A stretch of 64,000 nt of DNA from an uncultured Alphaproteobacteria bacterium (GTDB lineage Bacteria; Pseudomonadota; Alphaproteobacteria; HIMB59; GCA-002718135). Shown here piece after piece: positions 20,815-29,541 of the stretch (positions within the stretch are counted from its first letter, which is position 1; every line of letters starts with the position of its first letter). The stretch is taken from the NCBI GenBank assembly GCA_902515745.1, contig CABXWB010000005.1:21303-85302 (forward strand), read 5' to 3'. The position numbers and the translations under genes are program-made. Under the pieces are notes generated by a model. It saw only the letters and a program-made list of their open reading frames with translations. It searched no databases and was not told the origin of the DNA.

Positions 20815-21804
20815 TTAATAAGAAATAATTTTTTGATCAAAAATACTAAAGTTATTAGTCTTAATTACTTGTTTGATTGTTCTAATATAATTCTCATCTT
20901 CTGCGTAAGTAGATAATCTATCAACAAGTAGGCTAACATTTGAGAAATTATTTCTTTCTCTCATTATGTTTCGAATTTCACGAAAATCTTCATATGCGTA
21001 ATGAGAATTAATATTATTGAAGTACGAGGTAACACTATTATTATAAGAATTAAATGCTTTGATTAAATGAGTATCACCGTTTTCTCTTTCCAGGGGAACA
21101 ACTCCTTTAGAATTGTCATATGTGTATTCACCAAATAATGCATTATATTCCTGTGCAAATCTAGATGATCCCCAACCACTTTCAATTGCAGCTTGAGCTA
21201 AAACAATAGAATTTGGAATTATTTCAACTCTTACAAGAAGTCTTTCAATAATTTCCATCTTATGCTCATTATCAAATTGTATTTTATATTTTTTAGATAA
21301 TTTTCTTAATTTATTTATTTCATAATTATTTAGTGAATTGTTTTCAGTAAGCTTAGAACGTAAAACAATTAGATCATTTCTGTTTGATAAGATTTTTTGG
21401 TTTTCATTTATGATTAAAGGTAGAACTGTTTTAACAAATTGTCGTTTTTGTTGATTTAAATGCTGAAAGTCTATTTCAGATAAATTTGTAACTACATTGA
21501 CTCGTGCATTATTTTCAATACCAGAATATGACTTTGGATTTAAAGGTTTAGTTTTAATATTAACTAAAAATTTTTTTTTCTTTAGTTTATTTAGAATATC
21601 ATTTTTAAGAATATCTTTTTCTGAATAAAGTTTGTTAATTGTATATGAGTCATAAGTCTTACAATAATTTAAAACAAGCTCATCTAGTTCTGCATTTAAT
21701 TTGTATTTAACATCTAGTGTTGAAGGTTTTTCTTCAAAGGCAATAGTTGGAATTGCAGCTGCGAGCCCAATGATGAGAACTGGATATAAAAAAAGTTTAT
21801 GCAT
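20815..21804 (-). CDS. Exported glucosaminidase-domain protein (Bax/FlgJ-like muramidase family)
   Basis: It has the motif AQAAIESGWGSSRFAQEYNALFG. I moved the start to Met12 (MHKLFLYPVLIIGLAAA is a signal-like N-terminus), which overlaps the upstream stop by 8 nt (ATGCATAA). Confidence 0.72.
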   Translation of the reverse strand: MHKLFLYPVLIIGLAAAIPTIAFEEKPSTLDVKYKLNAELDELVLNYCKTYDSYTINKLYSEKDILKNDILNKLKKKKFLVNIKTKPLNPKSYSGIENNARVNVVTNLSEIDFQHLNQQKRQFVKTVLPLIINENQKILSNRNDLIVLRSKLTENNSLNNYEINKLRKLSKKYKIQFDNEHKMEIIERLLVRVEIIPNSIVLAQAAIESGWGSSRFAQEYNALFGEYTYDNSKGVVPLERENGDTHLIKAFNSYNNSVTSYFNNINSHYAYEDFREIRNIMRERNNFSNVSLLVDRLSTYAEDENYIRTIKQVIKTNNFSIFDQKIISY

Positions 21805-22360
21805 CAATTGGTCTAACTTCTTGGACCTCAGGAACATAATGCTTGAGCATATTTTCTATTCCCATTTTAAGTGTAGCGGTAGAACTTGGACAGCCAGAGC
21901 ATGCACCTTGCATATGCAGATAGACGACTCCGTCCTTAAAACTGTCATAAACAATGTCACCACCGTCCATTGCTACAGCTGGTCTGACCCTTGTATCAAG
22001 TAGTTCTTTAATCTGTTTAACAATATCTGTATCATTTTCATCAACCTTTAACGAAGTAACATCATTCTTTTTTTGAGTATTGATTGTTACATCACCAGAA
22101 TTATAGTGATCCATAATAGATCCCAAAATTAATGGCTTCATAACTTGCCAGTCTAAAGATTGGTTTTTTGTTATAGTAATAAAATCACTGCCAAAAAATA
22201 CACCTTCCACACCCTCTAATTCAAATAAACGCTTCGCGAACGGAGAGTTTGATCCTTCTTCAACATTTTGAAAAAAAGCTGTTCCCTCTTCCATCACAAC
22301 TTTACCGGGAAGGAACTTTAACGTTTGCGGATTTGGTGTTTGTTCAGTTTGTATAAACAT
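21797..22360 (-). CDS. Nfu/NifU-like Fe-S cluster scaffold protein
   Basis: 187 aa. It has an Nfu_N domain (MFIQTEQTPNPQTLKF) and a NifU C-terminal domain with CSGCPSS. Confidence 0.88.
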   Translation of the reverse strand: MFIQTEQTPNPQTLKFLPGKVVMEEGTAFFQNVEEGSNSPFAKRLFELEGVEGVFFGSDFITITKNQSLDWQVMKPLILGSIMDHYNSGDVTINTQKKNDVTSLKVDENDTDIVKQIKELLDTRVRPAVAMDGGDIVYDSFKDGVVYLHMQGACSGCPSSTATLKMGIENMLKHYVPEVQEVRPIDA

Positions 22361-22433
22361 ATGCTGTATATATAGTTATTAATATGTCTTTAGTATGAAT
22401 TTTATAAAAAAAAATATTAAATTTGGGGAGTTT

Positions 22434-23441
22434 TTATGTCAAAAAACCAATAATTTCTTTTGTTTTTTGTAAAACAGGTTCTGCAACTGAAGTTGCATTA
22501 TCTTTTCCGGCATTTAGAACAGAATCGATATACGAAATATCATTCATAAGTTTATTCATTTCACTCGTAATTGGCTCCAACTTTGAGACAGATAAATCAG
22601 CTAAATCCTTCTTAAAAATTGAGAATTCTTTTCCAGAATATTCATTAATGACAGTTTCAACTGAAGTATCTTTTAGTGAAGCAAATATGGAAATTAAGTT
22701 CTCGGCTTCAGGTCTTTTTTCTAAATCAGTTTTATTTTCAGGAAGTGGTTCTGGATCTGTTTTTGCTTTTCTTATTTTTTGAACAATATTTTCTGCTGTA
22801 TCAGTTAACATTATTCTTGAATAATCAGATGGATCAGACTTACTCATTTTTTTTGACCCATCACGAAGGCTCATTACTCTTGTTGCTTCACCAAAAATTA
22901 GTGGTTCAGGAATGGGGAATAAATCTGTTTTAAAATCATTATTAAATTTTTGCGCTATATCTCTGGTCAGTTCCAAGTGTTGTTTTTGATCATCTCCAAC
23001 TGGTACGTGAGTGGCTAAATAAATTAAAATATCTGCTGCCATTAAAGTTGGATAGGAAAAAAGACCAACTGAAACATTTTCACTATTCTTTCCTGCCTTA
23101 TCTTTAAATTGCGTCATACGGTTTAACCAGCCCATTCTTGCAACACAGTTAAATAGCCAACCAAGCTGTGCATGTTGGGGAACTTGTGATTGAACAAAAA
23201 TATTATTTTTCTTTGGATCAATGCCAGAGGCAATAAAGGCAGCTGTTACTTCTCTAGTTTTATCTGCCAATACTTTAGGATCTTGCCATACTGTGATTGC
23301 ATGTAAATCGACAACACAAAAAAAACATTCATATTCTTTTTGAAGCGTAACAAAATTTTTTATCGCACCAAGATAATTTCCTAAATGAAGATCACCTGAA
23401 GGCTGTACTCCTGATAAAATTCTTTTAGTTGGCTTATCCAT
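22434..23441 (-). CDS. trpS: Tryptophan-tRNA ligase
   Basis: 335 aa. It has the HIGH-type motif HLGNYLG and the KMSKS motif. Confidence 0.96.
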   Translation of the reverse strand: MDKPTKRILSGVQPSGDLHLGNYLGAIKNFVTLQKEYECFFCVVDLHAITVWQDPKVLADKTREVTAAFIASGIDPKKNNIFVQSQVPQHAQLGWLFNCVARMGWLNRMTQFKDKAGKNSENVSVGLFSYPTLMAADILIYLATHVPVGDDQKQHLELTRDIAQKFNNDFKTDLFPIPEPLIFGEATRVMSLRDGSKKMSKSDPSDYSRIMLTDTAENIVQKIRKAKTDPEPLPENKTDLEKRPEAENLISIFASLKDTSVETVINEYSGKEFSIFKKDLADLSVSKLEPITSEMNKLMNDISYIDSVLNAGKDNATSVAEPVLQKTKEIIGFLT

Positions 23442-23442
23442 T

Positions 23443-24990
23443 TTAATTTTTTAAATATTCTCTTAATTGATTAATGGTTAAGACTTTTAACACAATTACT
23501 AAGGCAAAATAAATAATTATAGCTAAAAAGATCATTAGAAGTAAAAGACCTGAGTTTACCAATGCTGAATTCTCAATAATATTATTAAAGAGGGCTCCGT
23601 TTAATACATATATTCCTACAAACAATATGGTGGAGCTAACAAATATTTTGAATGAATTTTTAACTAAAATATCATCAAATTGGATAAGGTTTCTCGTATA
23701 TAAAAAGACATAGAGTAACAAAGCATTTATCCATGCACTGATTGCTGTTGCAACAGCAATCCCCATTTCTCTCATCGATCCAATTAAAAGAAGCGATAAC
23801 ACAATATTACTAATTACGCTTACAATTGAGATATAAAGAGGTGTTCTCGTATCCTCTCTTGCAAAGAAACAAGAAACTAAGACTTTAATAATAATATAAG
23901 CAGGTAGGCCTAAGGCAAAGTAACTGAGAACTTTAGCTGTATAAAAAGTATCTTCTTCTAAAAATGCACCTCGTTCAAATAAAATATGAATAATAGGTTC
24001 AGCTAAAATAAATAATCCTATAGCTGATGGTAAAGAAATTAATAATGAAAATTCAATAGATCTATTTTGAATATTATTTGTTGTGTCTAAATCAGATTGT
24101 TTGATGGCTTTTGATAAACTTGGCAAAAGAACAATACCAAGGGCTATTCCAAATATCGCAAGTGGCAATTGGTTAAGACGGTCTGCATAATAAATATGAC
24201 TGATTGCACCAACGGGTAAAAAAGAAGCAATGATAGTACCAATCACAATATTTAATTGAATAACACCTGAGCCGAAAACACCTGGTAAAAATAATGTAAA
24301 AAACTTTTTTAGTTTTTCATTTAAAACTGGGATACGAATACGTGGTCGGTAAAAATTTAAGACTGCTCTGTATAAATATAGAAATTGTAAAACTCCTCCT
24401 ATTAATACACCGTACGATAATGCGTGACCTGCAGTGGTTACAAAAGGTGTTAAAAAGAATAATGATAGAATAAAACTTATATTCAAAATCGCAGGAGCAA
24501 ATGCACCAGCCGCAAAACGTTCATGAACATTATTAATTGAGGCAAAGTGAGCGGCTAAGGAAATAAAAATTATATAGGGAAAAATTATTTTTCCAAAGTG
24601 CACAGCAAGTTCATACGCCTCTTTATTATCAGTAAAACCTGGTGCTAAAACTTGAATGATATAAGGCATCCCAAAGAAAAAAAGGATGGTTAAAACTAGC
24701 GTAGCAAATAGTAACATGGAGGTCGTGTTTTCAACAAAATCAGACGCTTCACGTTCATCTTTTGGATTGAGAACAACACCGGAGAAAACAGGGATTAATG
24801 CAGCGCTATATGCTCCTTCTGCTAGGACACGACGAAAGAAATTAGGAATACGAAATGCTACGAAGAATGCATCAGCAATGACTGTTGATCCAAGATATTT
24901 TGCTATTAATATGTCTCGGATAAAACCTAATACTCGACTTAAAAATGTATAGAAGCTGACAGTAAAGAATGATCTAAAAAGACTCTTCAT
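23443..24990 (-). CDS. murJ: Lipid II flippase MurJ (MviN)
   Basis: 515 aa. It is polytopic and has a typical MurJ N-terminus ([17 protein letters not shown]). Confidence 0.93.
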   Translation of the reverse strand: MKSLFRSFFTVSFYTFLSRVLGFIRDILIAKYLGSTVIADAFFVAFRIPNFFRRVLAEGAYSAALIPVFSGVVLNPKDEREASDFVENTTSMLLFATLVLTILFFFGMPYIIQVLAPGFTDNKEAYELAVHFGKIIFPYIIFISLAAHFASINNVHERFAAGAFAPAILNISFILSLFFLTPFVTTAGHALSYGVLIGGVLQFLYLYRAVLNFYRPRIRIPVLNEKLKKFFTLFLPGVFGSGVIQLNIVIGTIIASFLPVGAISHIYYADRLNQLPLAIFGIALGIVLLPSLSKAIKQSDLDTTNNIQNRSIEFSLLISLPSAIGLFILAEPIIHILFERGAFLEEDTFYTAKVLSYFALGLPAYIIIKVLVSCFFAREDTRTPLYISIVSVISNIVLSLLLIGSMREMGIAVATAISAWINALLLYVFLYTRNLIQFDDILVKNSFKIFVSSTILFVGIYVLNGALFNNIIENSALVNSGLLLLMIFLAIIIYFALVIVLKVLTINQLREYLKN

Positions 24991-25164
24991 AGGATAGTTT
25001 TATAGTTTGAATGGTGATTTGTATAAATGAATTTTAGGGCCTAATTATGCCCAAAGCTATAACCTGTAGATCTTCCGGTTCTTGTTTGTAACAGAAGTAT
25101 TATTTTTTTAAATAAAAAAAATTATCTTTCGAATCTAATTTTAGATAAATATATGATTTAATAT

Positions 25165-26124
25165 ATGGAGTTAACCTTAATTTATACTATAATAGGTTTT
25201 GGACTTGCAGCATATTCTGTTATCGCAAACGACTCTGTTCAAACTCTCGGAACATTTATAGCTTCAAACCAACGCTTTAAATGGTACTGGTTAGCTACTG
25301 CTGGCTCTGCTGTACTAGCATTTACACTTATATATGGATGGACCATTAACGACGGTGATATTACTTTTGGACGTTTAAATAAAATTCCATATCAAACTAT
25401 TCAGTGGTATCATGCTTGTGCTCCATTAATTTTAGTACTTCTTACAAGAGGTGGAATTCCAGTATCTACTACTTTCTTAGTTTTGTCTGCTTTTGCATCA
25501 ACAGTCGTATTAGAAAAAGTTCTGATGAAATCTGTAATTGGATACGGATTAGCAGCAATGATAGCGTATGTGGTTTGGATTGGTGTAAGTTATTTTATAA
25601 ATGAAAAATTTGATAAAGTTCAAGATAAACACAGAAAACCATGGGTAATAGCTCAATGGTGTACAACTGGTTTTCTTTGGTACACTTGGTTAAGTCATGA
25701 TATTGCGAATATAGCTGTTTTTCTTCCTCGTGAACTTCCAGTAAATTTATTAATAGCAATAATTGTTTTATTAAGTGTTCTCTTATTTTATATCTTTTGG
25801 GATAGAGGTGGACGCATTCAACGAGTTGTCTATTCAAAAACTGGAACACGTTATACTCGTTCAGCAACTATAATTGATTTTGTTTATGCAGTCATTCTAC
25901 TCTACTTTAAGCAATACAATGATATTCCAATGTCAACTACATGGGTCTTTGTTGGTTTATTATGTGGAAGAGAACTTGCGATTTCTACAATGAACAAAGA
26001 TTACAAACTTCGCTATGTCTTTCCATTAATTGGAAAAGATTTTCTTAAAATGATTTTTGGATTAACAGTATCTGTTGGAATTGTTTTATCAATTCATTAT
26101 GTTTTGATACCAAACGGTTTTTAA
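25165..26124 (+). CDS. Divergent PiT/PHO4-superfamily permease paralog (substrate unknown)
   Basis: 319 aa and polytopic. Degenerate PiT signature pairs are visible: IANDSVQTLGTF versus GANDAANVFGTA, and GIPVSTT / DIPMSTT versus GLPVSTT / PLVPVSSS in the canonical PiT at 29542. Confidence 0.55.
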   Translation: MELTLIYTIIGFGLAAYSVIANDSVQTLGTFIASNQRFKWYWLATAGSAVLAFTLIYGWTINDGDITFGRLNKIPYQTIQWYHACAPLILVLLTRGGIPVSTTFLVLSAFASTVVLEKVLMKSVIGYGLAAMIAYVVWIGVSYFINEKFDKVQDKHRKPWVIAQWCTTGFLWYTWLSHDIANIAVFLPRELPVNLLIAIIVLLSVLLFYIFWDRGGRIQRVVYSKTGTRYTRSATIIDFVYAVILLYFKQYNDIPMSTTWVFVGLLCGRELAISTMNKDYKLRYVFPLIGKDFLKMIFGLTVSVGIVLSIHYVLIPNGF

Positions 26125-26618
26125 AGCTTACCTCTATTCTTTTTGAGTTCTTTTTTTAATTTAGGCCAATCATTATCGCTTAAAATATAACCCACACAAT
26201 TTCTAGAACCACACTTACAAATGTGATCCACAAAATCTGTATCAAAAGGATAACCATAGTTATAAAAAAGTTCGGCACCTTTTTTTATTCGTTTAATAGA
26301 TGAGATCCAAATTTCATTATCTATGATGTCTACTTCACAATTAGGATTACATGAATGATTAATAAATTTTGCTAAATTATAATCAACATCACCGTCGATG
26401 TCGTATCGCTTGTTTAATTCAAAAACATAGACCATGCCGTTATTTTTATCTTTTTTTGCTTTGCGGATTTGTTTATCTGCTCTTTTGTCACCCTCTCTTT
26501 TAGTAACTTTATCACCAATATATTGGATTACTTTCTGGCCTTTTTTAATATTAGTTTTTGCAAATAATCCAGACCCGTGAAGGGGTGATTTTTTTTTAAA
26601 CCAAATTTTCTGTGTCAT
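26121..26618 (-). CDS. SET-domain protein (putative protein-lysine methyltransferase)
   Basis: 165 aa. It has the NHSCNPN and ELFYNYGY motifs and a post-SET Cys cluster, CKCGSRNC. Confidence 0.85.
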   Translation of the reverse strand: MTQKIWFKKKSPLHGSGLFAKTNIKKGQKVIQYIGDKVTKREGDKRADKQIRKAKKDKNNGMVYVFELNKRYDIDGDVDYNLAKFINHSCNPNCEVDIIDNEIWISSIKRIKKGAELFYNYGYPFDTDFVDHICKCGSRNCVGYILSDNDWPKLKKELKKNRGKL

Positions 26619-26704
26619 ACTGTTATTTTTTTACAATACACACATATAATAATAAATTGTATTATAAAATGATACTTTTATGTATAAGAACAATTCTTTA
26701 ATTA

Positions 26705-27517
26705 ATGAAATTTGAAACAAATAAAAAATTTTACCGCACAATTTGGATTTCGGATACCCATCTAGGAACTAGTGGTTGTAAAAGCAAAATGCTTTTAGAA
26801 TTCTTAGAGGAAACAGATTCAGAATATCTATTTTTAGTAGGCGACATTGTTGATGGATGGCGCATGCGTAAGAAAATGTATTGGCCTCAAGAACATAACG
26901 ACGTGGTTCAAAAAGTTTTAAAGAAAGCAAAAAATGGAACTAAGGTAGTGCTTATCCCAGGAAATCATGATGAAGTATTAAAAGATTTTACAAATTTCTC
27001 CTTTGGAGAAATTTCAATCAAAAACGAAGATACGCATCAATTAGCTGATGGAAGGAAAGTACTGATTACACACGGAGATGAGTTTGATGCTGTGATCATT
27101 AATGCAAGATGGTTAGCCAAAGTGGGATCAGCACTTTATGAATATTTACTAAAGTTAAATAATGTATTTAATTTTATTCGAAGAAAGATGGGTTTATCTT
27201 ACTGGTCACTGTCTCAATATTTAAAAAAGAAAACAAAGCATGCAACGAACTTTATTAGCAATTTTGAGTTTGCTGTATCTGATAGGGCAAGAAGAGAAAA
27301 TGCCGATGTTGTTGTCTGTGGGCATATACATAGACCTGAAATAAAGGAATTAAATGGTGTTCTCTATTGTAATGATGGTGACTGGATTGAAAGTTGTACA
27401 GCACTCGTTGAAGATGAAATTGGCAATTTATCAATTCTTAATTGGCCCGAAGAAAGAGAAAAATTAAAGTTAATTTCTTTTGAAGAAAGACGAAAAATAA
27501 AAGAGGATGCAGCCTAA
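26705..27517 (+). CDS. plcP: LpxH-like metallophosphoesterase, probable phosphate-starvation phospholipase C (PlcP-type)
   Basis: 270 aa. It has calcineurin-fold motifs (ISDTHLG, GDIVDGW, GNHD, GHIH). It is translationally coupled to a GT4 glycosyltransferase, the arrangement described for PlcP-Agt lipid remodelling. Confidence 0.65.
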   Translation: MKFETNKKFYRTIWISDTHLGTSGCKSKMLLEFLEETDSEYLFLVGDIVDGWRMRKKMYWPQEHNDVVQKVLKKAKNGTKVVLIPGNHDEVLKDFTNFSFGEISIKNEDTHQLADGRKVLITHGDEFDAVIINARWLAKVGSALYEYLLKLNNVFNFIRRKMGLSYWSLSQYLKKKTKHATNFISNFEFAVSDRARRENADVVVCGHIHRPEIKELNGVLYCNDGDWIESCTALVEDEIGNLSILNWPEEREKLKLISFEERRKIKEDAA

Positions 27518-28514
27518 AAAAATCGCGTTAATTAGTGATGCGTGGGTTCCTCAGGTAAATGGCGTAGTTACGACATTTCAAAGCGTTATATCTATTCTAG
27601 AAAAAAAAGGTTTTGAAATTAAAATATTACATCCTGAGATGTTTAATAATTTTAGTTATCCTTGGTACAAAGAAATAAAAATTTCTTACAATACTAAAAA
27701 AGTTACGGAAAAATTTTTTAAAGAATTTAATCCAGATATTGTTCATATAATGACTGAAGGTCCAGTAGGTTTTGCTGGTCGTAAATACTGTGTTAAAAAT
27801 AAACTACGATACACTTCTTCTTTTCACACCCGTTTTCCTGATTATATTAAACAGAGAGCTTATATTCCTAAAAGTTTAACATATTCAATATTAAGAAGAC
27901 TTCATGATAATTCTGTAAACGTACTTGTTCCATCACTTTCCATGGTCGAAGAATTAGAGCAGTATAATTTCAAAAATTTAAAAGTATGGAATAGAGGAGT
28001 TGATACTAAATTATTTGACCCAAATAAAAGAAATAGAAATGATAATGACATTCAACTGACTTATGTTGGAAGAGTTGCTATTGAAAAAAATATTGAAGAA
28101 TTTTTAAAACTAAAAGGAAATTATAATAAAACTGTAGTGGGTGATGGTCCTGAATTACAAAAATATATAAATAAGTATCCTGATGTAAATTTTGTTGGAT
28201 TGAAACGAGGTAATGAACTTGCAGAATATTATGCAAATGCTGATGTATTTGTTTTTCCTTCTAAAACGGATACTTTAGGGAATGTAATTTTTGAAGCTCT
28301 AGCTTGCGGTACACCAGTTGCTGCATTTCCTGTTACTGGACCAAAAGATATTCTAAAAGATTCTAAAATAAATACACTTGATGACAGACTACGTAATTCA
28401 GTAGAAAAAGCTCTTAGAGTGAATAGAAATGATTGTCGTGATTTTGCTTTGAAATTTACGTGGGAAGATTGTGCTAATGAATTTTTAGATTCACAAATTG
28501 ATTCTAAAAATTAA
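27507..28514 (+). CDS. agt: GT4 glycosyltransferase, probable diacylglycerol glycosyltransferase (Agt-type)
   Basis: 335 aa. It has the GT-B C-terminal motif FPSKTDTLGNVIFEALACGTPVAAF and overlaps plcP by 11 nt. Confidence 0.62.
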   Translation: MQPKKIALISDAWVPQVNGVVTTFQSVISILEKKGFEIKILHPEMFNNFSYPWYKEIKISYNTKKVTEKFFKEFNPDIVHIMTEGPVGFAGRKYCVKNKLRYTSSFHTRFPDYIKQRAYIPKSLTYSILRRLHDNSVNVLVPSLSMVEELEQYNFKNLKVWNRGVDTKLFDPNKRNRNDNDIQLTYVGRVAIEKNIEEFLKLKGNYNKTVVGDGPELQKYINKYPDVNFVGLKRGNELAEYYANADVFVFPSKTDTLGNVIFEALACGTPVAAFPVTGPKDILKDSKINTLDDRLRNSVEKALRVNRNDCRDFALKFTWEDCANEFLDSQIDSKN

Positions 28515-28522
28515 TAACTTTT

Positions 28523-28750
28523 TTAAACAAATAAATAGACGTACCCAAAAAGAAAAAGGGGTAATTGTAATCCAAAGTTTGTTAATAACGCTTTATCTCT
28601 TGTCATATAACCAACCACTGACCAACCAACTGCACCTGTTCCATGTATAATAATATTATATGGATATGCATTTAAGTTAGTTAATAATATTCCTGACAAG
28701 ATTAAAAAGGTACTAAACCACTTAATTCTATTAATTGATATATCTGTCAT
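28523..28750 (-). CDS. Small hypothetical membrane protein (75 aa, 2-3 predicted TM segments)
   Basis: It has hydrophobic segments FSTFLILSGILLTNL, GTGAVGWSVVGY and LPLFLFGYVYLFV. I recognise no family. Confidence 0.45.
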   Translation of the reverse strand: MTDISINRIKWFSTFLILSGILLTNLNAYPYNIIIHGTGAVGWSVVGYMTRDKALLTNFGLQLPLFLFGYVYLFV

Positions 28751-28815
28751 AAAACTCCTAAATACTGAAAATATTCATTAATATATGTATCCTAAAGATA
28801 AAGATATTAATCAAA

Positions 28816-28833
28816 TTGTAACGAATTTTTAAC
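28816..28833 (+). promoter_or_regulatory. Candidate Pho-box-like direct repeat TTGTAAC-gaat-TTTTAAC
   Basis: Two 7-mers with 11-bp periodicity lie about 40 nt upstream of the phoU-like/pit operon. The geometry resembles the CTGTCAT-N4-CTGTCAT PhoB site. Confidence 0.3.
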
Positions 28834-28872
28834 ATTTCTTTATTTTTTTTTGAAAAGTTCTATAAGCACGCC

Positions 28873-29535
28873 ATGTTTGGACTAAAAAGTGCATCATTAT
28901 TTGGTGATACCAAGAAACTTGAGAGAGAAATTGATGAATTTGTCGATATTGTCTCTGAAGTAGGTTTGGTATTTAAATCTATTGTTCCAACTTATCTCAA
29001 TCATTCCGCCAACGGTAAATTTGAGGAAATGGTTGAAAAAGTAAAAGAAATGGAAAGTAAGGCCGACAAAATTACAAAAGATGTTGAGCATACTCTTTAT
29101 GAAGAAACACTAATCCCAGATGCAAGAAGTGATGTGTTACGACTTCTAGAACACATCGATGAGTTAATTGGAATGTACCAAGGTAATTGTTATCACTTCT
29201 CTATTCAAAAACCTAATTTTCCAAAAGAGTTTCACCAAGATTTAATTGAGTTAACAGAGACTGTTGTAAATTGTGTTGAATCATTATGTTTAACCGTAAG
29301 ATCATTTTTTAGAGATATTAAATCTGTTAGAGATAATGCACATAAAGTAACTTTTTATGAAAAAGAATCTGATATAAAATTTAGTTCTCTTGCAAGAAGA
29401 ATTTTTGATTCTGAATTACCTCTAGATCAAAAAATGCATCTTCGATATTTTGTAGAGAAGATTGATCGTATTTGTGATCAAGCAGAAGACATAGCTGACG
29501 AGGTTCAAATTTACGCTATTAAACGTTCCGTTTAA
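28873..29535 (+). CDS. DUF47 / PhoU-like phosphate transport regulator (PitR-type)
   Basis: 220 aa. It looks helical and PhoU-like, and it sits immediately upstream of a PiT transporter, a conserved pairing. Confidence 0.8.
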   Translation: MFGLKSASLFGDTKKLEREIDEFVDIVSEVGLVFKSIVPTYLNHSANGKFEEMVEKVKEMESKADKITKDVEHTLYEETLIPDARSDVLRLLEHIDELIGMYQGNCYHFSIQKPNFPKEFHQDLIELTETVVNCVESLCLTVRSFFRDIKSVRDNAHKVTFYEKESDIKFSSLARRIFDSELPLDQKMHLRYFVEKIDRICDQAEDIADEVQIYAIKRSV

Positions 29536-29541
29536 TTTTCA

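Noticed and set aside
21805-21837. The track gives the glucosaminidase-domain protein an 11-codon N-terminal extension.
   Set aside because: Met12 begins a signal-peptide-like segment and gives the common 8-nt ATGCATAA overlap with the upstream stop. The longer form would overlap the Nfu gene by 41 nt. The choice remains uncertain.
22423-22933. A 119-aa ORF and an 85-aa ORF lie on the plus strand opposite trpS.
   Set aside because: They are completely overlapped by trpS, which has HIGH and KMSKS motifs. The plus-strand translations are repetitive and hydrophobic, with no motif.
24991-25164. A tRNA or known riboswitch might lie in the murJ/PiT-like spacer.
   Set aside because: I found no cloverleaf with acceptor and T-arm complementarity, and I saw no conserved core of the glycine, TPP, SAM or cobalamin classes. 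I kept it only as an unclassified structured leader.
26657-26686. A Pho box might lie upstream of plcP (TG-containing heptamers TTGTAT / ATGATA / ATGTAT spaced 12 and 11 bp apart).
   Set aside because: The spacing is irregular and the heptamers are weakly similar. The pattern cannot be told apart from AT-rich background by eye, so I mention it only as a weak instance.
26705-27517. The ORF could be annotated as the lipid A enzyme LpxH.
   Set aside because: The fold is LpxH-like. However, translational coupling to a GT4 glycosyltransferase and the phosphate-acquisition neighbourhood match the PlcP-Agt lipid-remodelling arrangement better. Phylogeny is needed to settle it.
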